From Gemmatimonadota bacterium (GTDB lineage: Bacteria; Gemmatimonadota; Gemmatimonadetes; Gemmatimonadales; GWC2-71-9), in assembly GCA_022566515.1 (NCBI GenBank), contig JADFIT010000002.1, positions 4,068 through 68,067 on the forward strand: 64,000 bases of DNA, given 5' to 3'. Of the stretch, positions 54,128 through 64,000 are shown one piece after another. Both the position numbers and the translations under genes were made by a program. Position 1 is the first letter of the stretch. Every line of letters begins with the position of its first letter. The notes under the pieces are model-generated. The model saw nothing but the letters and a program-made list of their open reading frames with translations. It did no database searches and had not been told where the DNA came from.

Positions 54128-54132
54128 CCCAA

Positions 54133-54756
54133 TTGAATCCCACGGTTCAGGCGCTCCGGAACAAATTCCAGGGGGCGATCGGCCGCGCTGCCGTGTCCTG
54201 TGGCGACACCATCGTCTACGTGAAGGCTGCCAACCTCTCTGAGGTGATGGTGTTTCTCAAAGAGGGGCCCGACCAGGAATACAACTACCTCGTCGATATC
54301 ACCGCTGTCGAATATCGGGATCCTGAGCGGCCTCTGGAGATGGTGTACGAGCTTTTCTCGTTGGCGCGTAGGGCGCAACTGCGAGTTAAAGTGGAACTTG
54401 ATAAGTCCGAGGAACTCGTCGTCGATTCTCTGGTGCCGTTGTGGAACGGGGCGAATTGGTTGGAAAGGGAGGTCTACGACATGTTCGGGGTGCGGTTCGC
54501 CGGTCATCCCGATCTGCGGCGCATCTTGATGTGGGAGACCTATGCGGAGGGCCATCCGTTGCGCAAGGATTTCCCGCTGCGGGGACGCTTTTCCCGCGCC
54601 GAGCAGGTGCGTCAGGCGTTGAACGCAAACCCCGAAGCCCACTATTCCATGGAAGAGATTTCCATCGCCGAGGCGTACCACGAGATTCCGGCGGAGATGC
54701 GAGAGCGGCTCGCGCGAGGTGAGCGGGGCAAGATTGCCGAGCCGGAGAACTCCTGA
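54133..54756 (+). CDS. nuoC: NADH-quinone oxidoreductase subunit C
   Basis: ANWLEREVYDMFGVRFAGHPDLRRIL signature. TTG start. Confidence 0.85.
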   Translation: MNPTVQALRNKFQGAIGRAAVSCGDTIVYVKAANLSEVMVFLKEGPDQEYNYLVDITAVEYRDPERPLEMVYELFSLARRAQLRVKVELDKSEELVVDSLVPLWNGANWLEREVYDMFGVRFAGHPDLRRILMWETYAEGHPLRKDFPLRGRFSRAEQVRQALNANPEAHYSMEEISIAEAYHEIPAEMRERLARGERGKIAEPENS

Positions 54757-54758
54757 CG

Positions 54759-56063
54759 ATGGGCACGAAGCGCACGATCGAACTCGAGGTCGCCACGTCC
54801 GGCGTCGACGCACAGGGGAAAGCCACCCGGGTTCCCCTGGGGGTTGCAGACCAGACCGGCGTGGGAATCTTGACCGATCGGGAAGAGCCCGCACTCGGTG
54901 GCGACCACATGCTGGTGAATATCGGCCCCCAACACCCCGCAACCCACGGTGTTCTGCGTTTGGTGGTGGAACTCGACGGGGAAGTCGTGGTGCGAGTCAT
55001 TCCGCATATCGGCTACTTGCACAGTGGGTTCGAAAAACTCGGCGAGTACCGCTACTACAATCAGATCGTGCCGCTCACCGACCGGATGGACTATCTGGCG
55101 CCGATGTCCAACAACGTGTGTTTGGCCCTGGCGGTCGAAAAGCTGATGGGCATCGAGATTACGGAGCGCTGCAAGGTTCTTCGGGTCATCGCCTGCGAGC
55201 TGAGCCGGATCATCTCGCACCTCGTGTGGTTGGGTACGACCTCGATCGACCTCGGGGCCTTCACCCCGTTCCTGTGGTGTTTTCAAGAGCGAGAGCGGGT
55301 TTACAACCTCCAGGAGATGTGGACGGGCGCCCGGCTCACGACGAGCCTGACTCGGGTTGGCGGACTGATGGCCGATATCCCCGACGGGTTCACAGAGGGA
55401 GTGCGCGAGTTCTGCGCCACCTTACCGAAGACGATGGACGAGACAGATCGCCTGCTCACGCGCAACGGCATCTGGTGCGCGAGAATGCAAGACATCGGCA
55501 TCTTGACTGCCGAGGAAGCGATCAACTACTCGCTGTCGGGTCCCATGTTGCGGGCGAGTGGCGTGCCGTACGACGTGCGGAAAGACCGGCCGTACCTCGA
55601 CTATGAGACTTACGATTTCGAGGTCCCCATCGGTGAGAAGGGCGATGTGTACGACCGCTATTTGTGCCGGTTCGAAGAGATGCGCCAGTCGGTACGGATC
55701 CTCCAGCAGGCGCTCGATCGTCTCCCGGACGGTCCTATCAACGTGGATGATTCCCGTGTGTCGCTGCCGCCGAAATCAGAGGCGATGAACGACATGGAGG
55801 CGATGATCTTCCACTTCAAGCAGGTGATGGAAGGGATCGAGGCGCCGGTGGGCGAGGCGTATATGCCTATAGAAGGACCGAAGGGCGAGCTGGGCTACTA
55901 CTTCGTGTCAGATGGAACTGCCAAGCCGGTGCGATTCCGGGTCCGACCTCCGGCGTTCATCAATCTCGCCGCGCTGCCCAAAATGGCCGAGGGGCACTTG
56001 CTGTCCGATTTGATCGCGATCAACGCGAGCGTGGACATTGTAATGGGAGAGGTGGATCGGTGA
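54759..56063 (+). CDS. nuoD: NADH-quinone oxidoreductase subunit D
   Basis: NIGPQHPATHGVLRL, DRMDYLAPM, and the C-terminal GEVDR ending. Confidence 0.9.
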   Translation: MGTKRTIELEVATSGVDAQGKATRVPLGVADQTGVGILTDREEPALGGDHMLVNIGPQHPATHGVLRLVVELDGEVVVRVIPHIGYLHSGFEKLGEYRYYNQIVPLTDRMDYLAPMSNNVCLALAVEKLMGIEITERCKVLRVIACELSRIISHLVWLGTTSIDLGAFTPFLWCFQERERVYNLQEMWTGARLTTSLTRVGGLMADIPDGFTEGVREFCATLPKTMDETDRLLTRNGIWCARMQDIGILTAEEAINYSLSGPMLRASGVPYDVRKDRPYLDYETYDFEVPIGEKGDVYDRYLCRFEEMRQSVRILQQALDRLPDGPINVDDSRVSLPPKSEAMNDMEAMIFHFKQVMEGIEAPVGEAYMPIEGPKGELGYYFVSDGTAKPVRFRVRPPAFINLAALPKMAEGHLLSDLIAINASVDIVMGEVDR

Positions 56064-56070
56064 GGCCTGC

Positions 56071-56198
56071 GCAATTTCAAATCGCAGATCGGCGATTGCA
56101 AATTTGCAATTTGCCTCCACTCCCGACCCCATTTTCCTACGGTGAGGCAGAATCAGTGAAATCGCAAATCGCAAATTGCAAATCGTCAATCTGCAATC
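56071..56198. repeat. Two inverted arrays of six heptamer repeats (GCAAATC-type) flanking a 44-nt spacer, in the nuoD-nuoE intergenic region
   Basis: Right array 56157-56198: tgaaatc gcaaatc gcaaatt gcaaatc gtcaatc tgcaatc. Left array 56071-56112: gcaattt caaatcg cagatcg gcgattg caaattt gcaattt. The left array contains the perfect palindrome attgcaaatttgcaat (56095-56110). Confidence 0.85.
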
Positions 56199-56238
56199 GA
56201 CCCGCCGTACTGTCGTATGGCCGTACCGCCGATTGACC

Positions 56239-56733
56239 ATGGAACAAACCACCGAATACGCCCCTGTCTTTACCGGCGACAATCGTAAGCGCCTGGATGA
56301 GGTTCTGGCGCGTTACCCGGCCAAGCGGGCTGGGCTGCTTGCGGCGTTGTGGATGGTCCAGGAGCAGCACGGTTGGGTTTCCGACGAAGCCATGGCCGAG
56401 ACTGCCGACGTGTTGGGACTGACGCCTTCCTATATAAAGGGCGTTGTCACTTTTTACACGATGTACCACCAGCATCCGGTGGGTAAAACCTTCGTGCAGG
56501 TTTGTACGACCACCCCATGCAACATTTGTGGCGCCGAAGAGGTGGTGGAGGCCTTTCTCGAGCATACAGGCTGTGGCGATCTTGGCGCGACGTCGCCGGA
56601 CGGAAAGTTCACTGTGATAGAGGTGGAATGTCTCGGCGCGTGCGGATTCGCGACGCCGGTGATGATGAACGAAGACGTTATCGAGAACGTGACGCCCGAG
56701 AAGGTGCCCGACCTCGTGAAGCAGTACTCCTGA
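56239..56733 (+). CDS. nuoE: NADH-quinone oxidoreductase subunit E
   Basis: VCTTTPCNICGAEE and ECLGACGFATPVM (2Fe-2S cysteines). ATG 56239 (MEQTTEY...) was chosen because the upstream part of ORF 56176 is made of the heptamer repeats. Confidence 0.85.
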   Translation: MEQTTEYAPVFTGDNRKRLDEVLARYPAKRAGLLAALWMVQEQHGWVSDEAMAETADVLGLTPSYIKGVVTFYTMYHQHPVGKTFVQVCTTTPCNICGAEEVVEAFLEHTGCGDLGATSPDGKFTVIEVECLGACGFATPVMMNEDVIENVTPEKVPDLVKQYS

Positions 56734-56734
56734 C

Positions 56735-58051
56735 ATGGGATACCCGCACAAGCCACACGAAAAAGAAACGGTCATCCTCAGCGAGTACTTCGGCGATGCC
56801 GAAGCGCGTTCGTACGATGGCTGGGTGAAGCGTGGCGGCTACAAGGCGCTGAAAGCCTCGTTGGAGATGCAGCCGGCTGAAGTCGTAGAGATCGTCAAGA
56901 GTTCCGGGCTGCGCGGTCGCGGTGGAGCCGGATTCCCGACCGGCGTGAAGTGGTCATTCATGCCGAAAGAGAAATCCAAGCCTCACTACCTCTGCTGTAA
57001 TGCGGACGAAGCAGAGCCTGGCACGTTCAAGGACCGGGAGATCATGCGGTGGACACCCCACGCCTTGATAGAGGGGTGCGCCATAGCTCAATACGCGATC
57101 CAGGCCGAGATCACGTACATCTATATAAGGGGCGAGTTCACGGAGCCCCTACGCATCATGCAGGCCGCATTGGACGACGCGTACGGGAACGGTGTGCTGG
57201 GTGACAATGCCATGGGCAGCGGGCGGCGGCTGGATATGTACATCCATCGAGGGGCCGGAGCGTACATCTGCGGCGAGGAAACCGCGCTCATGAATTCCAT
57301 CGAGGGCCAGCGTGGCAACCCGCGCATCAGGCCGCCCTTCCCGGCGGCATCCGGCGTGTTCGGAATGCCCACGACGATCAATAATGTCGAGACGTTGGCG
57401 GCCGTGCCGCACATCATCAACCGCGGCCCAGAATGGTACAAGAGTCTCTCGCTGAACAACGAGAAGAGTTGCGGCACCAAGTTGTTCAGCGTCTCAGGAC
57501 ACGTACAGCGACCCGGCAACTACGAAGTCACGATGGGTTTTCCGCTAGGTGAACTCATCAACGATCTCTGCGGTGGTATGCGGCAGGGACGGACGCTCAA
57601 GGCCTGCATACCCGGTGGCTCCTCGGTGCCCATCCTCAATAGAGAGGAGACCGAGAGTTGCTTGCTCGACTACGAAGGCTGTGTGGAGATGGGCACGATG
57701 CTGGGGTCCGGTGGCGTGATCGTGTTTGACGACAGCGCAGACATGGTGTATCAGACGATGCGGCTGGCCCGCTTCTATGCGCACGAGTCGTGCGCTCAGT
57801 GCACCCAATGTCGCGAGGGAACCGGGTGGACCGTTCGCATCCTCGAACGGATTTTGGCCGGTCAAGGGGAGCCGAAGGACCTGGATCTGCTGCTGGACCT
57901 CGCGGATCAAATGACGGGCAAGACGATTTGCGTGCTGTCTGATTCATGCGCAGCTGTAGTCATCAGCACGATCAAGAGATTCCGCAACGAGTTTGAAGCG
58001 TATATGGCCGGCACACGTGAGCCAGGGGTGGTCGCGGCGGGGGTGGGGTGA
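56735..58051 (+). CDS. nuoF: NADH-quinone oxidoreductase subunit F
   Basis: GLRGRGGAGFPTGVKW (FMN/NADH site), YICGEETALMNSIEG, ESCAQCTQCREG (N3 cluster). Confidence 0.9.
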   Translation: MGYPHKPHEKETVILSEYFGDAEARSYDGWVKRGGYKALKASLEMQPAEVVEIVKSSGLRGRGGAGFPTGVKWSFMPKEKSKPHYLCCNADEAEPGTFKDREIMRWTPHALIEGCAIAQYAIQAEITYIYIRGEFTEPLRIMQAALDDAYGNGVLGDNAMGSGRRLDMYIHRGAGAYICGEETALMNSIEGQRGNPRIRPPFPAASGVFGMPTTINNVETLAAVPHIINRGPEWYKSLSLNNEKSCGTKLFSVSGHVQRPGNYEVTMGFPLGELINDLCGGMRQGRTLKACIPGGSSVPILNREETESCLLDYEGCVEMGTMLGSGGVIVFDDSADMVYQTMRLARFYAHESCAQCTQCREGTGWTVRILERILAGQGEPKDLDLLLDLADQMTGKTICVLSDSCAAVVISTIKRFRNEFEAYMAGTREPGVVAAGVG

Positions 58052-58056
58052 TATCC

Positions 58057-59631
58057 ATGGCCGATCAGGCACTGGTCACACTAACTATCGAGGGGGTCGA
58101 GGTCAGTGTTCCCAAGGGAACGACGATCTTGGAGGCTGCCAAACAAGCGGGGGTGTTGATACCGCACTACTGCTACCACCCAGGCCTCCCGATCGCCGGT
58201 GTGTGCCGTATGTGCCTCATCGAGGTCGAGGGGACACCGAAGCTGCAGATCGGCTGTGCGACGGAGGTAGCGCAGGGACAAGTCGTCAAGGTGTTTGGCG
58301 ATGAGGCGCTCAAGGCCAGAGAGTCAGTGCTGGAGTTCTTGCTCATCAATCATCCTCTCGATTGTCCCATTTGCGACCAGGCCGGGGAATGCGAGCTGCA
58401 AAACTACGTGTTCCAGGAAGGCCGATCCAACACTAGGTATGCCGAGTACGCCAAGCGGTTCAGTCCGGTGGAGGATTTCGGTGCGGACGTACTTTACGTC
58501 CCCAATCGCTGCATTCTGTGCACGCGTTGCGTCCGGTTCATGGAGCATGTCGCTGAAGAACCGGTGCTCAACGTCAGCGAGCGAGGTGACCGTGCTTTCA
58601 TTGGCATCCATCCGGATGCGACGCTAGACCACGAGTGGGCCGGAAACGTGGTAGACCTCTGTCCGGTCGGCTCTCTGATTTCCAAGGATTTTCTTCACAA
58701 GGCCCGGGCCTGGGAACTCGACAGAACGCCGAGCGTGTGCACCGGCTGCTCCCAGGGCTGCAACATCAATCTCGATACGCGAAGCGATGTCGTGGTTCGT
58801 ATCAGGCCGCGGCCCAACCCTGAAGTAAATCGGCATTTCATCTGCGATACCGGTCGCATGCATTATCGCTGGATGAATCGGGGAGACCGCATCGAGGCCC
58901 CGTTGATATCGCGGGGCGGAGAGCTCCAGGCGACGGATTGGGATCATGCGCTCAGCGAGGCGGCGCGACTCGTGAGTGGCTCGGGTGGACGGGCGGTAGT
59001 GTTGATTTCTCCGAACGCGTCTAACGAGGCGATGTTCCTTGCCAAGAGGCTCGTCGCCCAGTTCACAGCGACTCTGGCTTTCCGGGTGGAGCGGGTGGAC
59101 GGTGAGATTCCGCTCAGCGGCGTGCCTGGCTTGGCGCTTCGAGCCGAACGTGCGGCGAACGTAGCCGGGGCGACGGCGTTGGGCTACCGAGACGACTTCG
59201 ATGCTGCAGTGCAGGCCATCGAAGGGGCCTCCCTCGTCATTGTGGTAGCCGATGATCTCGAGGGGGTGAGCCGCGAGGCTCTCCAGAAAGCGGTCAACGC
59301 CGTGTACATCGGCACGATTCTGCCGGATGCGGCGCGGGGAGCGGCCCTGGTCCTGCCCGTGGCAAACACCGCAGAAGAAGACGGCACGTTGGTGAATCGC
59401 GACGGGCGCGTGCAGCGGTACTTGCAAGCCAAGTCCGCGCCCGGCATGGCGCGACCGGTGTGGTGGGTCTTGGGGGAGGTGCTCAAAGAGCTGGGTCGGG
59501 GCGAGTCGCTGTTCAGCGCCGACGAAGCGTTTGCCCTGATGGCGGAAGCGGAAGGTTCGTTCCGAGGCCTCAGCTATGCGAACCTCGGCATGCACGGAAG
59601 AACTATGTCGGAAGCGAGAGTGTCGGTGTGA
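58057..59631 (+). CDS. nuoG: NADH-quinone oxidoreductase subunit G (short form, about 525 aa)
   Basis: 2Fe-2S ferredoxin N-terminus (CYHPGLPIAGVCRMCLIEVEG), HPLDCPICDQAGECELQ, CILCTRCVRF, then a molybdopterin-like domain. Considerably shorter than E. coli NuoG or Thermus Nqo3. The GTG at 58048 is also possible. Confidence 0.85.
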   Translation: MADQALVTLTIEGVEVSVPKGTTILEAAKQAGVLIPHYCYHPGLPIAGVCRMCLIEVEGTPKLQIGCATEVAQGQVVKVFGDEALKARESVLEFLLINHPLDCPICDQAGECELQNYVFQEGRSNTRYAEYAKRFSPVEDFGADVLYVPNRCILCTRCVRFMEHVAEEPVLNVSERGDRAFIGIHPDATLDHEWAGNVVDLCPVGSLISKDFLHKARAWELDRTPSVCTGCSQGCNINLDTRSDVVVRIRPRPNPEVNRHFICDTGRMHYRWMNRGDRIEAPLISRGGELQATDWDHALSEAARLVSGSGGRAVVLISPNASNEAMFLAKRLVAQFTATLAFRVERVDGEIPLSGVPGLALRAERAANVAGATALGYRDDFDAAVQAIEGASLVIVVADDLEGVSREALQKAVNAVYIGTILPDAARGAALVLPVANTAEEDGTLVNRDGRVQRYLQAKSAPGMARPVWWVLGEVLKELGRGESLFSADEAFALMAEAEGSFRGLSYANLGMHGRTMSEARVSV

Positions 59632-60839
59632 CGCCGGAGCTCAAGGGTTTTGTTCTCCTTTCGTTGATCAAGATCGTCGTCGTGTTCTCGGTGATGATGG
59701 TGGGCGTGATGATGGTCATCTGGATGGAGCGACGGGTCAGCGCTTGGAAGCAGGACCGCTTGGGTCCCAACCGGGTCGGGCCCCAAGGGTTGCTTCAGTC
59801 GGTGGCGGACGGCATCAAGAATTTCGCGAAGGAAGATGTCATACCAGAACAGGCCAACAAGCTGCTCTTCGTGGTGGCACCGGCCTTGTCGTTCATCCCT
59901 GCCATGCTCACGTTCGCGGTCATCCCGGTTGCGGCTCCACTGCCCGTAGACTTCGACTTCACGGTGCCGATCCTCGGGCAGTTCGTTCATTCCGGCCCAA
60001 TGCCCATGATGATCGCTGACTTGCCGATCGGCATGTTGTTCATCGTGGCCGTTGGCAGCCTTTCCGTATATGGAATCGTGTTGGCTGGTTGGTCGTCCGC
60101 CAACAAGTATTCGCTGCTGGGAGGCCTGCGGGCGAGCGCCCAGATGGTGAGTTATGAGGTGGCCCTCGGCTTCAGCTTCGTCGGCGTGCTCATGCTGGCC
60201 GGCAACGTCACCCTCCCGGAGATAGTGGCCCATCAGCAAGACTCTGTGTGGTTTGTGTTCGCGCTCACTCTAGGATTTATCCTCTTCTTCGTAAGCAACC
60301 TGGCCGAAACCAATCGGCTGCCGTTCGACTTGCCCGAGACCGAGTCGGAACTCGTAACAGGATTCCACACCGAATACAGTTCGATGAAATTCGCCATGTT
60401 CTTCATGGCGGAATACACCCATATCATCACAGGGTCGGCTCTCGTGGCCACGCTCTTTCTCGGCGGGTGGGACATTCCGTTCACGTCATGGGATTCGGGT
60501 GATCCGACGGTGTTGAAGTCGCTCCTGACTCTGGCGTTCTTTGCGATGAAGACGCTGTTCTTCATCTATGTCTTCATCTGGATTCGGTGGACGCTACCGC
60601 GGTTTCGCTTCGATCAGCTCATGCAACTCGGTTGGAAGTTCATGCTTCCGGTGCTTCTGGCCTATATCCTGATTCTCGGCGCTACAGTTCTTGTGCTCGA
60701 CAGCATCGGTTGGTCGAGCGGACTCCCCTACGGCGCTGCTCTGTTCGTCATGAATGCCGTTCTGGTATACATCGTGTTCTTCATTCTCGACAACAACCGC
60801 CTGCTGTTGGGGCGCACACACCGGAAGGTGGGAACCTAA
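59628..60839 (+). CDS. nuoH: NADH-quinone oxidoreductase subunit H
   Basis: ERRVSAWKQDRLGPNRVGPQGLLQSVADGIK, AETNRLPFDLPETESELV, FFMAEY. GTG overlaps the nuoG stop (GTGA). Confidence 0.85.
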   Translation: MTPELKGFVLLSLIKIVVVFSVMMVGVMMVIWMERRVSAWKQDRLGPNRVGPQGLLQSVADGIKNFAKEDVIPEQANKLLFVVAPALSFIPAMLTFAVIPVAAPLPVDFDFTVPILGQFVHSGPMPMMIADLPIGMLFIVAVGSLSVYGIVLAGWSSANKYSLLGGLRASAQMVSYEVALGFSFVGVLMLAGNVTLPEIVAHQQDSVWFVFALTLGFILFFVSNLAETNRLPFDLPETESELVTGFHTEYSSMKFAMFFMAEYTHIITGSALVATLFLGGWDIPFTSWDSGDPTVLKSLLTLAFFAMKTLFFIYVFIWIRWTLPRFRFDQLMQLGWKFMLPVLLAYILILGATVLVLDSIGWSSGLPYGAALFVMNAVLVYIVFFILDNNRLLLGRTHRKVGT

Positions 60840-61345
60840 TGGCCATCACCGTCGTGACGGTACGGCGACCGGAGGACGACGTCAGCTATCTCAGGGCTAC
60901 GCTGAAGGGCATGGCGTTGACGTTCGGCCATCTCTTCCGCAAGAAAGTCACCATGCAGTACCCGGAACAGAAATCGGACGATACCTGGGAAATTTCGACT
61001 CGCTGGCGCGGTACCCATCGCATGCTCACGGACGAGCAGGGTCGGGCGAAGTGTGTGGCCTGCGGTCTCTGTCCGCAGGTGTGTCCCGCCAACTGCATCA
61101 AGCTGGTTCCTGGGGAAGACGAGGAGGGCAACCGCTACCCCCTCATTTACGAGATCGACGAATTCCGGTGCGTGTTTTGCGGTTACTGTCAGGAAGTCTG
61201 TCCCGAAGAAGCCATTCACGTCGGCGTGCATTACGAAAATGCCGAATACGAGCGGGAACGCTTCGTGTACGATCTGGAGCGCCTGTGTGCGCAGACACAT
61301 CCAGTATCCACCCTGTGGGATCCCTCCGACCCCAAGGGCGAATAA
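60839..61345 (+). CDS. nuoI: NADH-quinone oxidoreductase subunit I
   Basis: Two 4Fe-4S motifs, CVACGLCPQVCP and CVFCGYCQEVCP. The ATG overlaps the nuoH stop (TAATG). Confidence 0.9.
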   Translation: MAITVVTVRRPEDDVSYLRATLKGMALTFGHLFRKKVTMQYPEQKSDDTWEISTRWRGTHRMLTDEQGRAKCVACGLCPQVCPANCIKLVPGEDEEGNRYPLIYEIDEFRCVFCGYCQEVCPEEAIHVGVHYENAEYERERFVYDLERLCAQTHPVSTLWDPSDPKGE

Positions 61346-61349
61346 AGGA

Positions 61350-61865
<516 letters not shown>

Positions 61866-62162
61866 ATGCTGCTCGGTCCTGCCCTCGGCGTTTCGGCGAT
61901 TCTGTTCTCGATAGGCGTGCTCGGCGTGCTGATCAGACGCAACGCGATCATCATCTTCATGTGCGTGGAATTGATGCTCAACGCCGTCAACCTGTCGTTC
62001 GTGGCGCTGGCACAGCAGCTCGGTACCGACGGTCAAGTGTTTGTCTTCTTTGTTATGACCGTGGCTGCAGCGGAAGCGGCCGTGGGCTTCGCCATCATCA
62101 TAGCGATCTATCGTCATAAGGAAACGCTCGACTTGCAGAACTTGAATCTGCTTCGTGGATAA
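61866..62162 (+). CDS. nuoK: NADH-quinone oxidoreductase subunit K
   Basis: 98 aa, 3 [18 protein letters not shown] and [12 protein letters not shown] motifs. Confidence 0.9.
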   Translation: MLLGPALGVSAILFSIGVLGVLIRRNAIIIFMCVELMLNAVNLSFVALAQQLGTDGQVFVFFVMTVAAAEAAVGFAIIIAIYRHKETLDLQNLNLLRG

Positions 62163-62178
62163 TCCCAGCTCGGTATCG

Positions 62179-64000
62179 ATGATCTGGCTCGCGGTGCTGC
62201 TGCCGTTCCTGGGCTTTCTGGTGAACGGTTGGTTGAGCTTTTTTCGGCCGGATGCGAAACGCGCCGTGAGCGTAATAGGCGTCGGTGTTCTGGTCGCGTC
62301 CTTCATCTCCGCTCTTGCCGGAGTAGTGGGACTCGCGGGGGCCGTACATGATGCGCCCTACATCGTGCACATGTGGTCGTGGATGCCGGTTGGTGAGCTG
62401 CAGGTCGATCTGGCGTTCCAGGTCGACGAGTTGTCGGCCGTCATGCTCATGGTGGTGACCGGAGTCGGTGCCCTGATCCACGTGTTCAGCGTGGGATACA
62501 TGCGTGAGGACAGATCGTACCCACGGTATTTTGCCTACCTGAACCTGTTTGTCTTCTTCATGCTGGTGCTGATCCTCGGCGCCAACTTTCCCGTCCTGTT
62601 CATCGGATGGGAAGGCGTGGGTCTCTGCAGCTACCTCCTCATCGGGTTCTGGTTCGACGACGAGGCCAAGGCGACTGCCGGTAAGAAAGCGTTCATCATG
62701 AACCGGATCGGCGACTTCGGGTTGCTGTTGGCCATGTTCATGATCTTCCGGGCGGTTGGGTCGTTGGATTTTCTGGAGGTCTTCGACGCCGCGCCGGCCG
62801 CGTTCGTCACCAACGGACCCGAGATCACGCTCATCACATTGTTGCTCTTTCTCGGCTGCATCGGTAAATCTGCCCAGATCCCACTCTACACCTGGCTCCC
62901 GGACGCCATGGCAGGTCCCACGCCGGTGTCCGCACTGATCCACGCGGCAACGATGGTGACGGCGGGCGTGTACCTAATAGCCCGCACCAACATTCTGTTT
63001 GCGATGGCCCCGGTCTCCGGCGCAGTGGTCGCCCTGGTGGGTGCCGTCACCGCCCTGTTCGCCGCGACGATCGCCCTCAAGCAGTGGGATATCAAGAAGG
63101 TGCTGGCGTATTCCACGGTGTCGCAATTGGGATTCATGTTCGTGGCTGTGGGTGTGGGCGCCTACGCGGCCGGAATCTTTCATCTCGTTACGCACGCGTT
63201 CTTCAAGGCGCTCTTGTTTCTTGGCGCGGGGAGCGTGATTCACGTCATGCATCACGCGTACCACCACACGCACAGCGGTGAAGACGCTCAAGATATGCGG
63301 AACATGGGCGGCCTCCGGAAGTTCATGCCGTGGACCGCGGCGGTCATGTGGGTCGCGACACTTGCGATTGCCGGTGTGCCGGGACTCTCGGGGTTCTTCT
63401 CGAAGGATCAGATACTGGCAGAAGCCTTTGCGCGCGGCCAGGGCGCGTTCTTGTTCTACGTGATTTGGGCTCTCGGAGCCGTAGCGGCACTGCTCACGGC
63501 GTTCTACATGACCCGCCTCATGCTCTACACCTTCCACGGGCCCAATCGCACTGGTGAGGCGGAAGCGAAACAGCTGCACGAAGCACCCTGGGTGATGACG
63601 GGCCCGCTGGTGGTGCTCGCCGCGGGAAGTGCGCTCGGCGGTTTCCTCAACCTGCCGCACGTGTTGCCGGGGGCAGGGTGGCTGGAGCATTGGCTCAAGC
63701 CAGTTACTGAAGGGTCTGTGCCGTACCTGTCGGAAGCGCATCTGTCCGCGGGATTGGAGTGGCGCCTCATGGGGCTCGCTACGTTGATCGCAGCGGCGGG
63801 CATGATCGCTGCCTGGTACTTCCTGAAGCCGGATCGCCTCGGGGCGGCGAAAGCCGCGCCTGCGGAGGCCGGTGTCCAGCGCGTCTTGCTGAACAACTAT
63901 TATGTCGACGAACTGTACAACACACTGATCGTACGGCCCACCGACTGGGTGTCACGCAAAGTGCTTTGGAGGATCATCGATATGGGTGCCATCGACGGCG
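62179..64000 (+). CDS. nuoL: NADH-quinone oxidoreductase subunit L, 3'-truncated by the window edge
   Basis: Frame-1 ORF from ATG 62179 (MIWLAVLLPFLGFLVNG...) stays open to the end of the window. It contains FIGWEGVGLCSYLLIGFW, NRIGDFGLLLAM, PLYTWLPDAMAGPTPVSALIHAATMVTAGVY. It is absent from the ORF track because no stop is reached. Confidence 0.9.
   Translation, partial: MIWLAVLLPFLGFLVNGWLSFFRPDAKRAVSVIGVGVLVASFISALAGVVGLAGAVHDAPYIVHMWSWMPVGELQVDLAFQVDELSAVMLMVVTGVGALIHVFSVGYMREDRSYPRYFAYLNLFVFFMLVLILGANFPVLFIGWEGVGLCSYLLIGFWFDDEAKATAGKKAFIMNRIGDFGLLLAMFMIFRAVGSLDFLEVFDAAPAAFVTNGPEITLITLLLFLGCIGKSAQIPLYTWLPDAMAGPTPVSALIHAATMVTAGVYLIARTNILFAMAPVSGAVVALVGAVTALFAATIALKQWDIKKVLAYSTVSQLGFMFVAVGVGAYAAGIFHLVTHAFFKALLFLGAGSVIHVMHHAYHHTHSGEDAQDMRNMGGLRKFMPWTAAVMWVATLAIAGVPGLSGFFSKDQILAEAFARGQGAFLFYVIWALGAVAALLTAFYMTRLMLYTFHGPNRTGEAEAKQLHEAPWVMTGPLVVLAAGSALGGFLNLPHVLPGAGWLEHWLKPVTEGSVPYLSEAHLSAGLEWRLMGLATLIAAAGMIAAWYFLKPDRLGAAKAAPAEAGVQRVLLNNYYVDELYNTLIVRPTDWVSRKVLWRIIDMGAIDG

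Noticed and set aside
56071-56198. CRISPR array (also considered for the octamer arrays at 14795, 51669 and 52868)
   Set aside because: The units are 7-8 bp tandem repeats without spacers, far below CRISPR repeat/spacer dimensions, and no cas genes are present.

Overview
High-GC (roughly 60-65 % by eye) chromosomal segment, densely packed with core metabolic and housekeeping genes. I saw no rRNA, CRISPR array, transposase, integrase or phage genes. Gene content (orphan duplicated FtsX/ADOP permease, Bat/MoxR aerotolerance-type operon, BshA-like GT4, 14-subunit-type nuo operon) fits a Gemmatimonadota/Acidobacteriota-like organism, but that placement is inference only. Order of content: secreted peptidases (M16 pair, S9). 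A minus-strand cassette of permease, GNAT, NSAR/OSBS enolase, M20 amidohydrolase and thioesterase, divergent from a lipoprotein that fuses a beta-lactamase-fold hydrolase to a VanX-type D-Ala-D-Ala dipeptidase. An orphan ADOP permease, a threonine/serine dehydratase and a cupin. A 1.2-kb coding desert holding tRNA-Ser(CGA). Then pyrR-pyrB-pyrC-aldolase, rpsT, M50 protease-scpA-scpB-rluB, an unknown 549-aa Rossmann-headed protein, and a MoxR-DUF58-BatA-BatB/C-BatD/E operon. Next a tightly overlapping mutL-miaA-bshA-uppP-birA-CPBP-coaX string, membrane proteins, an MBL hydrolase, a DUF5916-like protein, kynU-kynB, a second MBL plus GNAT paralog, DUF2914, and nuoA to nuoL (nuoL runs off the window). 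I found no obvious novel defence or conflict system. The most unusual items are: (1) the apparent D-amino-acid/peptidoglycan salvage module; (2) a dispersed octamer (GGACGGAA) tandem-repeat element, with a 39-bp perfect inverted pair 38 kb apart and copies inside two coding regions; (3) inverted heptamer (GCAAATC) arrays splitting nuoD from nuoE; (4) a perfect 16-bp CRP/FNR-like palindrome just upstream of nuoA; (5) a 24-nt perfect copy of an internal dehydratase segment sitting in the tRNA-Ser trailer region; (6) the uncharacterised 549-aa protein upstream of the Bat operon. All functional calls rest on motif recognition by eye, and no database search was run.
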